A stretch of DNA of 60,314 nucleotides from Bilabrum cf. latius (lineage: Eukaryota): contig OZ237760.1 of assembly GCA_965178125.1 (NCBI GenBank), positions 868,001 through 928,314 of the forward strand, in the 5' to 3' direction. A program made the position numbers and the translations under genes. Shown here piece after piece: positions 13,567 to 26,682 of the stretch; position 1 is the stretch's first letter; each line of letters starts with the position of its first letter. The notes below the pieces were generated by a model. It saw only the letters and a list, made by a program, of their open reading frames with translations, did not search any database and was not told the DNA's origin.

Positions 13567-14113
13567 TTCCCTCTTTGCCAGATCAAAAGAGGCTAACTTC
13601 TGCTTGAAACGTACTGATTGCTTCGGAGGTATGTTTCAAGGAGGTGTGTGATCGTTGTGCGTGGATGATGCCCAGCTGATGTGGATTGCTCCGATCGACG
13701 ATCGCAACCAGACCAGTTGGTCGCAATCATGATATGCCATTTACGGCCCGGTCACGGAACGCTATGCATAATGAGCTGTGGCTGTGTATCTAGTTTCGTA
13801 ATTTGGTGCGGGAATTGTCGGTAGCTCGGGGTGTCGTAGGGTGTCACCATTCGCAATCAGCCGACCAGTGGGCGACCACCCGCGTGCCTGGCATCCATTT
13901 GGGGCGCCTCAATCCCCAGAGAGTTGCAAGACGCTATCATTTGGCATACATACGCGGCAAGGTACTAATATCCTTCTTGCCTTGGCCACATGGTGGCTTC
14001 GCTTGCTAAACAAGATCTGTTTCAAAATAACACTTTACATTAATGACGAACATTCATGAACAGAGTAGAAACTTCGCAAATGTGAAGGACAGAAACCAGC
14101 AGTTGTTGCCATC

Positions 14114-15870
14114 ATGGCAGCTTTTGGGGCGGCCACAAGCGGTGGAGCTGGTGGATCAAGTGAGGCAGCACATGATAAGGCGGGGAACACGGGATCATCA
14201 GGAGGCAGCGGATCGGCTGCAGGCTCTGGAGCCTCGAGCCTGTGGTATAAGCCGAAGGTGGGCAGCAGTTCTGGAGTGATGCCAGGCCCAAGGGCGGCGC
14301 ATTCGTGCAGCATGGTTGGGGATAAAATGGTGAGTTGCTCTGCTCGCGCTGAGATGCTCGTGTGTTGTGGCACGTAGGATGTATTGGCATGCAGTCCCAC
14401 TGGTTCATTATCCCAACCTGGAAGCCCATGTCTTATTGTGCTGTCAAACAACTGCGTGAATTTATTGTGCTGCAGGTTGTCTTTGGCGGATGGAATGGGA
14501 AGCGTGGGCTTTCTGATGTGTATGTTCTGGATACATCCACCTGGACCTGGTCCAAGCCTTCCGTGACGGGATCAGGGCCTAGCGAGAGGAATAATCACGC
14601 TACATTCGTTCTTGGCGACAAGATGTACGTCCACGGTGGTCACGATGGCACCCAGTGGCTCTCTTGCATGTACTCGCTGGACACAACCAAGTGGTGCTGG
14701 GACGTCCCCTCGGTGAGCGGCACCCCCCCGAGCGCGCGAGCGTGCCACACGCTCTCTGTGGTGCGAAACAAGGTATTCTGCTTCGGAGGCTTTGACGGCA
14801 CCCAGTGCTTCAACGACGTGATCGTGCTGGACCTGGACACGTGGACCTACATGCAGCCGCGGGTGTCGGGCGTGCTGCCGCAGGCTCGCAATGCCCAAAC
14901 CGCCACGGTTGTGGACGACTCGATCTACGTGTTCGGTGGACACTCGGGGCAGAAACACCTGCGGGACCTTCATGTGCTAGACACGCGCACCATGTCCTGG
15001 AGCCAGCCCCGGGTCTCTGGCCTGCTCCCCCCCGGCCTGAGGGGCCACACCGCCAACCTCGTGGGCACCAACATCCTCATTTTCGCAGGGTACGACGGGA
15101 GGGGCCGCAGCAACGACCTGTACAAGCTGGACACCGCCTCGCACGTGTTCTCCCACATCCCCCCCTGCGAGAGCACGCCCGCAGGTAGGCAGCGGCACAC
15201 GTCCTGCCTGGTTGGGAGCAAGAGCATCGCCGTCACGGGGGGCTTCGACGGGCACCGGTGGCTGCCCCTGGCTGACGTGACCGTGCTGGACGTGGCCAAG
15301 CTCGAGGCCACTGCCATCACGAGCGCCGCGGTGTCTTCGCTGCTGGGCGACCTGCGCTCTCTGCTGGACAACGAGGACATGTTCCCCGACGTGACTTTCT
15401 TGGTGGGCGGGAAGAAGGTGCATGGACACAGGGCCATCCTGGCGGCGAGGTCGCCCCACTTCGCCGCCATGTTCTCCAGCGGGATGCGGGAATCGAGGGA
15501 GAAGGAAGTTCCCATCGAGGAGTGGTCCCACGGTGCGTTCCTGGGCCTCCTGGAGTTCCTGTACACGGGCAGCCTTGCGGAGCTCTCTCCCGAGGTGGCC
15601 GTGGAGCTCATGGGGCTGGCGGACCACTCGGGGGTGGACGGGCTCAAGGCCCTGTGCGAGGCCAAGCTGGTGCACGCGCTGGACACGGGTAACGTGGCGG
15701 CTCTCTTCTCGACGGCCCACCGGTACGGGGCCCTTGAGCTCAAGAAGCACTGCCTGGCCTTCATCCTGAGCAACACCAAGGACGTGTCCAAGCACCTGGA
15801 TGCCCTGCAGTCAGAGCCTGCGCTGCTCATGGAGATAACCAAGGAGTCGCTTGCCAGCAAGGGGCGCTAA
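14114..15870 (+). CDS. Kelch-repeat + BTB/POZ protein (LZTR1-like cullin-3 adaptor)
   Basis: Six kelch repeats (R..H...FGG..G) followed by BTB (FPDVTFLVGGKKVHGHRAILAARSPHFAAMFSSGMRES). Intron 14330-14475. Ends in TAA 15868-15870. Confidence 0.93.
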
Positions 15871-16469
15871 GGAAGAGCGTGCGCCCGCCAATAGATGGAC
15901 CAGGTGTGCCGGGGTCACGTCCGTCCCAGCAGCAGTTTTGGCATGATTGTCGCTCACCATCAGCATGTGCCCTTGCTGGCACGGGGTAGTAATTGGTAGG
16001 GTCTGGTGATGCGGAGGGTGTCTCACGCATGCCATCGACTGCACCCACCTGGAGTCCACGGGGCCGACCCTCACCCATACCTAGGCCGCACTGCTGGCCG
16101 GGATGCAGGGGTCGGTATTCGTGTCTGACGACAAGGCGCAAACCACCAGACCAGTAGGACATGAATGAGTAGCAGCAAGCAACATCATGTGCCGAAAGAA
16201 GTCCCCGATTGATAGCGTGGTCCTCAAGCAGTCGGCCTAGAGATGCATGGGATGCATTGGTTAGAGAAGCCTCGGAAAACGCCGCCCGTGCCGGGGTAGG
16301 GGCGGCCGAGGATCTGATCTCGATACGGATCGCCTGCAGCCAACTTGCCTAGCCTGCTTCTGAGGACCAGCGCGGCGCTTTGTATACTGATACAGATCGA
16401 ATGCTTGTACTGCTGCACTTTTCAAGCAACCAACATGACCCAACACTCGGCACGCTCTACACACGTACA

Positions 16470-19400
16470 TTAGCCCGGGGTAGACATTCCGCCACCCCGC
16501 ACCACTTGCCTACTACCGGACCCATTGCCACCACCACTGCCGAGAATCCCGGCACTCGCGTGCCTGTTTCCACCCCCGATGGACACCCGCAGCGTCCCAG
16601 CCACCAGCTGCCTGGCTCGCACCAGCCGCCTCGCATCCTCGGGGGTCAGCGGGCTGTCCACAGAAGGCTACCTGCCGGTCGTGCGAGTCCCACGCGGCAA
16701 AGCACCCGTCTCCTAATGGGTGGCTGGGCTCAGTGAAAACAGCCCGCTGCCAGACTCGCCCCCAGCACTGCTGTTGCCTAAGCTTGATTCTGATCGGCTG
16801 GTGCCCCTCTCAGCAGCGGGCCGCTCTTCTCTTGCCGTGGACGCAACCCCATCGAGCACTCTACTCCCCCCTGCGAAGAAATCCACTTCCCCCGTCCCTT
16901 CCTCTGTGATAGTCCCCGAGTCCTCGTCGGAGCCGCCCTCGCTGGACTCGGACGCAGCTGTCGATGGTGCCGCACTACCTGCAGCTCGGTCCTTCCTGCT
17001 GCCCGCTCGCTTCTTGGGGCGTCTCTTCTTTAGTCGCCTCCTCCGCTTCACAATCTTCTTACTTCTCCTCGGCCTAGCCGCGCCGGAGGCCCCCTCCTTG
17101 GTGCCAAGCACGGTCCGAAGTGCGCTCGCCACTGCCACTGCTCTGGAGGCAGCAGACTCCTGCCTCCTACTACTGGCCGACCTCGATCTCGACCTCGATT
17201 GCCGCACCCGCTCCCGTGCAATGCCACGGGCAGCTCGAGCCACCACGCGCTTCCTGGAGGCGCCTGTCCGCCCTAGAGGCACCGCAGGAGGCGCAGCTCC
17301 GCCCAGCAGGGTGGAGATGACCCGGGCCCCCGATGAAGCCGTGTCCTTGAGCAGTCGCTTGGGCACGCGGGAAGGTGCAGGCCTAGACCGGCGACTGGCT
17401 CTAGAGGATGCCCGCGAGCGGACCGAGGAAGCTCTAGAAGAGGCCCTCGAGGAGGCCCTGGATCTCCTACTACTGGAGCGGGACACTCGTCTTACGCGGG
17501 GCCGGATCCTGGCTCGCCTGCCCTTCCTCAGCTTCTTCGGCTTCCCGGCTGCCCCGCTGCCCACCTTCTACCTACCGGCTGCATCCGGTTCGTGCCCTCG
17601 CGTAGGCAGGTCAAGCTCTCGCCTATCCAGCCCGTTCTGCGCGAAGGGAGACATCTCCGACAGCACGCGGTCCCCTGGTGTGGCACTGAATGCTAATCCC
17701 TGTCCCTTCCCATGGCTTGATGCTGACTCCTGCACAAGTCCACGGCCCTCGTGCCTGACCTCTTGCTCGGCGGCTCGGCGATCAACGCTCCACCTCGGCT
17801 TCCCACGCGGGCTGCCTCTGGCCCTGGGGCTGCTCGCTTTCCTGGGGCTATTCGAGGCCCGACCGCGCCTCCCTCGTGGGCTCCCTGGCTGCCCCTTCGA
17901 AGGTCGACTGCCCGCCAGCAGCGAATCCTTTAGCGCCATGCTGCGCTCCTAGGGGGAGGCTGCCCGCAGCAGGTCGGACCGACTGGGCGGCAGCGGAGGC
18001 TCTGTCGTGTACCCACCACCAACTCGGCGGGCAGGTGAGCGGGGTGCGATTCCACCGGCTCCGGGCGAAGATTTCACGCGCGGCTCTCTATGCTCCGCAC
18101 TGCCGGAATGCATACCAGCCCAGTCGCCGACCTGTGCCCCGGATCTCTCGCTGCGTCGCTCCACAGAGGCGAGGATGGACCGGACCCTGGACACAGCCGC
18201 AGGGGAGGCAGGGGGGCGGTGCCTCCTTCTCATGCCTGCAGAGATCGATCTGTCAAGAAGCGCATCACGGTCGCTGCTGGCCTCTCGGCTGCTGCTGCGG
18301 GCGTGGTTCCCGGCTGGCCTGGAGCCTCTGCCGCTGGGTCTCGGATCGACGGATCTGGACCTGGACCTGGACCTGCCCGGCGTCCGACTTGGCTTGCTCC
18401 TGGCACGACCCCCGCGCGCGGCAACGTCATCACTGTCGTGTATGCGGGAGTTCCCATGGGCATCGACGTGGTCTTGCTGGGCTGCCTTGTTCGACCGCCG
18501 GAGCCGCTTGATCTCGCGCACCATGGCTGCCCCGGCTGCCGCCACACCCGGCAGCAGCCTCCGCAGGCCCCGCAGGCGCACCCATCTCGGGTCCAACACG
18601 GTCCCTGGCTGGTCAGCGCCAGCACCAGCGCCTGCTGCTTGTTGGGGGTCCCCATGACCCCTCGGGCTCGCTTGGTTCGTGACATTCGCACTCAGTCCAC
18701 TCGCAGCGAGGCCCTCCTCGGCTCCCGACTCGCTCGCAGGCAGCTGGGGCGGCGGGATGTCGCCGTGTGAAGCACCCGACATCACAGCAGCGGCAGCGTT
18801 CACCCTCCGGAGCACCCGCATGGCCTCCTCCAAGGAGCCGAGCCGAGACCGCAGCTGGGCCGCCTCCTCAGACTCACGCCGCCTTTCCTCCTCTTCCCGC
18901 GCTTTCACCTGGGCCCGGAGCATGCCTTCGCTCTCTTGCAGCTGCTGCAGCCGAGGGGGCAGCTTGCCCTCGCCAACCTGCTGCAGGTCCAAGCCCCAGG
19001 CCCTCTCCGCAGTGACCACTTTCTCCTTGAGTTCCTTGAGCTCGCGGGTGGCATCCTTCCAACGGCGCTCGTCGTGCCGCGCCCGCTGCGACTGCTCTCC
19101 GGCCCGCTGCTCGGCCGCCTCTAGCCTCTCCTTCCTCTCCCTGTGCTGCTCGTGTAGCTCAGTGATGGTCCGCAGCAGCTCCTGCTGCACCCCCTGCTGC
19201 GTGACCAGCTCTGCCTACAACCGGACTGCCTCTGCCTTGGCCTCCTCAAGCCTCTCTGCCTTGCCCCTCCACTCGTCCCTCTCCGCGGCGGCCTGCTCGG
19301 CGCTTCGCATCGATGCCTCCACCTCTCGCCGGGCCTCCACGGCCGCCTACTCGGCCCGTTGCTGGGCCTCCCGCGCGCTCTCCACCTTCTTGCGGGCCTC

Positions 19401-20249
19401 GGCCTGCCCGTGCAGCCTGGCCCGCAGCCCCCCCAGCGCAGCCCTCCTGTCTTCCACGTCGCTGAGCAGGGCATCCCGCTCCTTGGCGCAGCGGTGCTCG
19501 GCCTCCCGCGCCTTGGCCGCCATCTGCCGGGCTGTGCGCGCGTCCGCCCGAGCCGCCTCGAGGGCCGCTGCTCCTCTGGCGTGCTGCTTCTCCTCCTCCC
19601 GCAGACCCCTCACCTGCGCCTCAAGGGCCTGTGCGCGATCCTGTGCCGCGGCATGCGCCCGCTTGGACTGCTCCAGCCGCTGCCGCAGCGAGGCTCGCTC
19701 AGCATCCCTGCGCCCGGCCTCCTCCCTGAGCCGAGCCAGTGCCGACCGAGCTTCTGCGGCCTCTCGCGACGCCTCTGCCAGACGAGACGCAGCGTCAGGT
19801 GCTGCTACGGGTTCACTTCCGTGGTGAAATGGCTCCTGGTGCGCAGTTGCCGATGTGCCAGACGTGCTCGGCTGGTGCGTGCTCAGTGCCTCCATTGCAG
19901 GACGACTCACTGCCAGAAAAGATGCGAGTTCTGCCCGAGTTCTGCGCAGCTCTGCCGCCAATTCTCCTGCGCCATGTCCAGAAACAACGTCTGCCTGCTT
20001 CCAACGCCCACCAGCGGCTGCGGGATGGCTAGAAGCTCCTATCGCTGTGGCAGCAGTTGGAGGCAGCCTGCGCCCCTCTTTCAAAGCTCCAGCAAGTGAG
20101 TCTACGCGTTCCAGTACTCTTGAAAGTGTCCGAATCAAAGCAGATCCGTGACTCTACGTCCTAGGATCGGCAGCGAAGCGTGAAGGTGCATCGCTACCGC
20201 GTTTCGACTGGGGCCTTCCTCGCGGCAGGGAAGGAGGTCGTCGTCGCAT
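16470..20249 (-). CDS. Large coiled-coil / Arg-Ser-rich protein of unknown function (~1,260 aa)
   Basis: Five track ORFs join in frame through seven TAG codons (20154, 19347, 19215, 17949, 17568, 16713, 16668). E/R/A/Q-rich heptad region, then a basic low-complexity tail. ATG 20249, stop TAA 16470-16472. Confidence 0.75.
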
Positions 20250-20567
20250 AAATCGCGCCGATCCTCGTACAAAGAACTTGTTTAAATCGAAGTACGAACT
20301 GCCTAAATGATTGATCCGCTCGTTGCTTCAATAGTAGGCCATTTTAATTTCGAGGCAAACGGTAGGAAGGCGGTTGCAACCGTTGCACGATGTGGGGGGA
20401 CGGGGCGCCCCACCTAAATGGACGGAACCGACACTAATGCCCCTTGCGGGGACGGTATAAACTCGAAAATCAAGATTCGTTCGTTCGTTCGGTATAATTC
20501 AATATACAGGGGCAGACAGCAGCTGATTGAGCTAAAACAGAAGATGATACCACCAGGAACTCATTTG

Positions 20568-21735
20568 TTATCTCCCCTCAAGATCTGCCGTGCCGTCCTT
20601 GCTACCTGCGTCCGCTCCGGTTGCAGAGGACCGCGACTCGCCGTCTCCTGCTCCACCCGCTGCAGCCCCACCCTCAGCCTTGCCCCCAGTGTCCTTCGAG
20701 GCACCCGCATCAGCAGGTGTCTCCTTAGCGGCAGCCTCCTTGGCCCCGTAGTCTCGTTTCCCGAAGATCAGCGAGCCTACCCTCACCGAGTCCGCCCCCT
20801 CCTCCACGGCCAGCTCAAAGTCGCCACTCATGCCCATAGACAGCTCCAGCGACAGACCGGCCGCTGGGACAGATTTTGCAGATGCCGCACCAGGGTCTGC
20901 ACTCGCGTCTGCACCAGCCCCAGTGCCTCGCCCGGCAGCCTCTGCTTCGCCTCCCGCCTCGCTCCCCTGCAGGCTATCGCGAAGGGCAGCCAGCTTGCGG
21001 AAGAAAGGCACAGGCTCAGCACCAGCCTATCCAATCGTCATCAGACCAGCTAACGTGAGAGTGCCGCACTTGCTCACAATGTGCTCGCACAGCGCAGCAG
21101 CGTCGTCTGGCGTGACGCCGCCTTTCTACGCTTCTGCCGACGTGTTTATTTGCACAAACACTCGCAACCCTTCGTGCCCTTCCTTGATGCATGCAGCATG
21201 CAGCTTGTTGGCAAGCTTCACGCTATCCACGCTTTCTATGGCCCAAAGCCCAGGCACCTCGCGTACTAGTAAAGCGGCTTTGTTGGACTGCAGCTGCCCG
21301 ATGTAATGCCAACGGATATCGGGGCATGCTCCAGATTCTTTCAATTCCTGAGCTTTTCTAACGAGTTCTTGTGCGTAGTTCTCTCCAAAGTGCCTCTGCC
21401 CTGCCTTGTAGCACTCAACTATCATATCCATGGGTTTGGTTTTCGACACAGCAACCAGCCGCGGTGCCTGTGGAGGTCATGGGTGCAAAATCAAGCGTGG
21501 GAGTAATGCAATCATATTGATGCAGAGCATACTCGTCCGGAACGACGAGGCTGCCGTGTATTCGAGATGACGTGGCAGAGCTATGCGGCGTCAATATGCC
21601 AGGCAGTCTCACTGTGCTTCGTCCACATCGTGAGGCTGCACTCTTAATACGAGCAAGTACAGACTCAAGGTTCTTGGCCACCTGCATACGTCGTGTTGTG
21701 TGTAGGAAGTTCTTGACCACCGCGGCGCCGCGCAT
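20568..21735 (-). CDS. PLPBP: Pyridoxal-phosphate homeostasis protein (YggS/PROSC family)
   Basis: [81 protein letters not shown]. Intron 21612-21468; TAG at 21126 and 21027; stop TAA 20568-20570. Start codon uncertain. Confidence 0.93.
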
Positions 21736-21876
21736 AGTAGCGGAACTCAATCCAACCGATCCGGGCGAGAGGCGTTGGACATAGCAGCGGCAAACCAGGA
21801 ATTCCCACAGTGCTTCTGGGCATAGAAATACGTTGGACTGCATACAGTCTGTAAGGTGTCTCGGTGCGGGCTTGGG

Positions 21877-24468
21877 ATGGGATTATTTGACCAGGCTAAC
21901 TCATCGGCCGCGTCCCGACCATCGCGGAGACCATCGCCTGTGCGGGTTCCTTCAGCGTGCGTCATAGCTGGTTTCGTAATATTGTGCGGACTGCAGGCTG
22001 CAAGTGGCTGGTAGCAGTGGACTTGGAACACGGATGGGCCCGGTCCCCGCGACGGGCACTCGCTGCGGCTGCTCGGGAGAAGTGTGTACCTGTTTGGTGG
22101 CCGAAGCGATGATGTACAAGCTTTCCATCGGCCCACAACGTACGAAATAGAGAATGTGAATGGGAGCCTTGGCTTTCGCTCGTATGACCAATAGCCCGTG
22201 CGAGAGTGCGCCGCTGGTTTGACGCAAGACGAGTGCTACAACACCACGATTGGGGTGTACTGGAATGATGTTTGGAGATATGACCTGGACTGCGATAGGT
22301 ATGCAGATCTCGGCTGCTCCAGCTAGGGCTGGACTCTCGTCAAACCTCACGCAAACCTTGGCGGCTGCCGGATTTTCAGGGAGGAGCTGGTGTGCTCGCA
22401 TCCATCCGAGCGGCACGACCACGGAGCTGCCCTGTTCCCGTCGGGGGAGCTGCTCGTGTGGGGGGGGTTCAGCTGGAAGTGCGATGACTATTGCGATGAC
22501 GAGTGGATGCTAGATGTGCAGGCGTGTCGAGCGAACGCGTCCCTGTGCAACTGGCAGGAGGAGGTGGGGTTGGGGGGCAGGCCGGAGCCAGCCGATGCCC
22601 CGGGGCCCACCGAGGGGGGCTTGGCGCCGGGCAAGCGCTGGCGATTTGCAACAGCCGAAGACGGGCAAGGCAAGGTGTATTAGTTCGGCGGTCAGCGACT
22701 GTGGCACGGCTTCGCCACGGCCAACAGCGCCGCCAACCGGTGGGCCAACACAGACTCGATTCCGTTCGGCGGACTGCTGGACGACCTGTGGTCCTACGAC
22801 CGCAGCACGCGGGAGTGGACGCAGGTCCTGCCGAAGGAGAGCTGCTACGAGGCACCGGGCCGGGACTGGGAGCACCGCAACGACCGGCGCTGCACGATCA
22901 CGTGGCCCTCTCCCCGAGCCAGCGCTGCCCTCGCCTTCCAGGACGGCAAGCTGTACCTGCACGGGGGGTTCAATGCGCCGCTGCCGTACCCGCACGTGGA
23001 CGGGAGGGGCGCCAGCACGGGCACGGGCAGGGCAGCGTCGGACGGACCTGCTCCCCACCCGTCGCACCCGTACTACCTGCAAGACCTTTGGGAGCTGGAC
23101 CTGCAGACAGGGCTGTGGAAGCTGGTCGAGCCTGAGCTAGGAGAGGCCTACCCTGCCCCGCGGCGGGACCACATGATGCTGGCCACTTCACACGCGCTGC
23201 TGCTGTTCGGTGGATACGGAGACAACTTCCATTTCGGGGACACGTGGCTGTTCAACGCGAGCACACGGCGGTGGCTGCAGAAGGAGACCTTCGTGCACGC
23301 CCTCTTCCCCTCCAACTGCACCTCGGACGTGCTCAAACTGCCCAGCGGGGAGGACTTCGTGCTGCAGCAGTCCGTGAGGGGCGAGCCCACTCGTCACACG
23401 CTGCTGGACGGCAAGAACGGGAGGGCCTCGGAGGCAGTGCAGGTGCTGCAGCCGAGGAGGCAGGCACCGGGCTGGGACGGCTGCAGGGACCGCTTGGACG
23501 GGAGGGAGGACCTGCCTGCCCAGCTGCAGTGGTTGCAGCCGTCCCAGAGATACGGATACGCGGCGGTGTTTGCGCCCGACCTGCCGGTGGCCTCTCGAGA
23601 CAACCCATTTGGGTTGGACGGGATCGCGCTGCTGTACGGGGGCGTGTCTCTGCTGCGGGAGGACCTGGCGGGCGTGGCTGTGACTCGCCCGTCCGCGGTG
23701 GTCGGCGATTTCTGGCAGCTGGACGTGACATCGTGCCCGAACAACTGCAGCGGGTCCGGCGACTGCTGGTACGGGTTTTGCTACTGTCACGATGGCTACT
23801 ACGGTCTGGACTGCAGCAACGCGAGCTGTCCGGGGGACTACTGCTACTACGACCCGCACACGCACGAGCAGATCTGCTCGCACTGCTGCCACGCGGTGCA
23901 CGAGCACAGCGAAGAGGCGCCAGGGGACTACGTGCTCAGGGAGCGCAAGGTGGCATGTGACGCGAGGCACCCGGGGGAGTCGCACGGCATCTGCGACGGG
24001 TTCGGGCAGTGCCAGTGCGCGCCCCCGTACGTGGGTCACGACTGCAGCATCAGGGACTGCCCGGAGGGGTGCTCGGGGCGCGGGGCATGCAGCCTCGAGT
24101 TTCCGGTGGCCAGGTGCATGTGCGACCCGGGGTGGGCGGGGGACAGCTGCCAGGAGCAGCTGTGCCTGAACAACTGCAGCTGGCCCAACGGGTACTGTGA
24201 CAGCGGCACCTGCGTGTGCACCATGAACCCGAACCCGTTCAACAGGAGCATCGACTTTGAGCCGTTCGCGGGGGAGGACTGCTCCTTCCTGGTGCCTTTC
24301 GCTGGCGCGGCTCGAGGGGCGGTGGCGCCGAATGCTGGTCGGGCGGCGTTTGCTGTCCTAGCTGCGGCAGCGCTGGCGGTGCTTGTTGCAGTGGGGAGCC
24401 GGGGTGACGGGGGCGAGGCCTCGAATTGCTTGTCGCGCGCATCGCGGCGCGGTCGCCTCGTTAGTTGA
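21877..24468 (+). CDS. Surface protein: kelch/galactose-oxidase-like propeller + EGF (tenascin-like) repeats + C-terminal TM
   Basis: One frame from ATG 21877 through TAG 22012, 22192, 22324, 22681 to TGA 24466-24468. Hydrophobic leader, kelch motifs (VYLFGG, LYLHGG, LLLFGG), EGF units (CPNNCSGSGDC...C.CHDGYYGLDCS), C-terminal hydrophobic helix. Confidence 0.88.
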
Positions 24469-24710
24469 AAACAATAATTGTAATTGCCTCAAGATGGACT
24501 TGTCCTTAGGCCTGCCAGTCAGATGAAGAAATGAACAAAATCTTGTGCAAATCGTCACTCTGCAGAGCACCAGCAACGCCGCAATCTATTAGACTGTCAT
24601 TGAACTCTTCCCGCCCTGGACGATACGGAACATATTTCAGTGCTTGTATATCGTTTGATTTTTCCTCAGTTTTTCTGCTTGAGTGCGCCCAAGTCTTCTG
24701 AGAGTAGTTC

Positions 24711-26594
24711 ATGGCAAAGGTGGACACACACAGAGCCGATTTGGCCGAGTGTTGGCTAGCTTCCATGGTCACCGGCAGCGATCATGCCTCCGGTCGCCAT
24801 TTGGTGTTGCGTCCAACTTCAAAGGGCGATTCGCTCTGGGGCGACCGCCTGGCATCTCCAGGATCTTCGAGACAGTCTGTTGGTCTGGGCTTGGTGCGGG
24901 CTGTCTCGACCCCCCCAGTTCTCGACAAGGTTGTTGGTGCACCACTGTACGAAATCCAAGTAGTTGGTGGGCATCCAGGTGTGCTATCTGATGGGAATTC
25001 TGTCTTGAAGCCCCTGCAAATCGGGATCAGAGCGAGGCGCGAGGTGTGCTTCTACCGGTGGTCTGCTCTTGAGCAAGCAAACGGCAGAGACACTGCTGGC
25101 GTTATCCCACCATGCAAAGGTGTTGTTCGTGCAGTTCCTGCACCGCATCGCGTAACAGGTGCAGCTTGTAGGGCACGAAGCCAGGGCAGAGCTGCTGGCA
25201 TGGCAGCCAGCCAGGCGCAACGCCAGGGGATTGGATCCGCCAAGTCTAGCTCATCGAAGGAAACAGCGGTGCAGCTTTGGTATCGTTTAGGGCCACCGCT
25301 ACCAATCGCTCCGGATGCCTCTGCTCGATCAATGAAGGCGCCTTCGACCGCCATTTCCAGATTGCCAGCAGCTCCCACGTCACTCCCGGCGTGGCTCGAG
25401 AAAGAGCTGCCGATGCCTCCCGGAGAAGCCACCGGGGCAGCGACTCGCAGCCTTGCCCCATCTCCCGGCCGGACAGTCCGCGTGGGGTTCGGTACCCAGG
25501 CAGCTGCCTCATCAGCAGCAGCGGGACCTGGCTCGGGCGCTTGCGGGGGAGCTGCAGCAGATGCCGCGGCAGGACGGAAACCGGGTGCGGAAACAAAACC
25601 AACTGCAGGATCAAAGGAATAGCTTGAGACAGTAACTATAGCAGGATCAGACGTCGAGCTGGAGGCTCCTACGGCTGGTTCTGGGCCGGTGCGCGCCGCT
25701 CCCCCCGGCTCTGCGTTGCCCCTCTGCATCGAGATGGAAGACGTGACGAGTGGCATGCACCGCCCGTGCCTGGCCGACCTCAAGGTGGGTCTGCTAACTA
25801 GCGGTCCCGACGCCTCTCTGGCCAAGCAGAAGCGCAGTCTGGCGAGGTATCCCCCCTAGGTGCGGTCGGGGTACAGGGTCACTGGGCTGCGCGTGTGGAG
25901 GGGGGCCAGGGCGGGGGCGGGATCAGGGACAGGGGGTGGAGATGGAGGGGGCTGGGACAGCTTTGGCAGGGACTTTGGCAAGCGATTAGACGCGAGTGAG
26001 CTCGCGGTCGGACTCGGCAGGTTATTCGTAGCTGGGGATGGCACTGGATCGGGTCTGCGCATCCAGCATGCGGCCGCTGGGCAGCTGCTCTCCGAGGTGC
26101 GTCGGCTGGTCCTGTGGAGTGCGCGGCAGACGACGTGGCGGTTGTTTGGAACGAGCGTCCTCCTGGCCTTTGAGGGCCAGCCGCAAGCCCGCGCTCTCGA
26201 GAGGGGTGAGGCTGCGGAGGAGGCGGGGGAGGAGCAGGAGGCAGGTGGCCCTGGCGCTCTGAGTTGCAAAGCTCGCCTGATTGATTTCGCGAACGCGTGG
26301 CCTGCCTCTGCCTGCCGGTCGCTAGACCCTGATCAGTTGGCCGGGGCTCGCGTGTGCAAAGAGCAGGTGCGGTGGCTGGTGGAGCAGCCGGGGGTGTTGG
26401 AAAGTGCGGGTCAGATTGACGTGGCTGCCCTGGAGGCAGACAAAAACGGCTGCGTGCCTGGAAGCTACTTGGCCGGTCTGACCGATGCAGGAGTCGTGGT
26501 GGGTCTTCTGAACATATGTTGTGCTCTGGATGCCATCTCCACCAAGGGGGTGGATGCGGCGATTCTAGAGAGAGCCAGGGGCGAGGTGCGGTGA
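24711..26594 (+). CDS. Inositol polyphosphate kinase (IPK/IPMK family)
   Basis: QVVGGH, REVCFY, MEDVTSGMHRPCLADLKVG (PxxxDxKxG), RYPP*VRSGYRVTGL, GTSVLL, ARLIDFA. TAG at 25620 and 25857 read through; stop TGA 26592-26594. Confidence 0.88.
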
Positions 26595-26682
26595 GCGAGC
26601 TGGGGCTTCCATCGAGTGCCAGTGGCTAATGTATTATTTTCTTACCATTCATTCACTTGGAGAGAGCCTAACCAAATTGAGA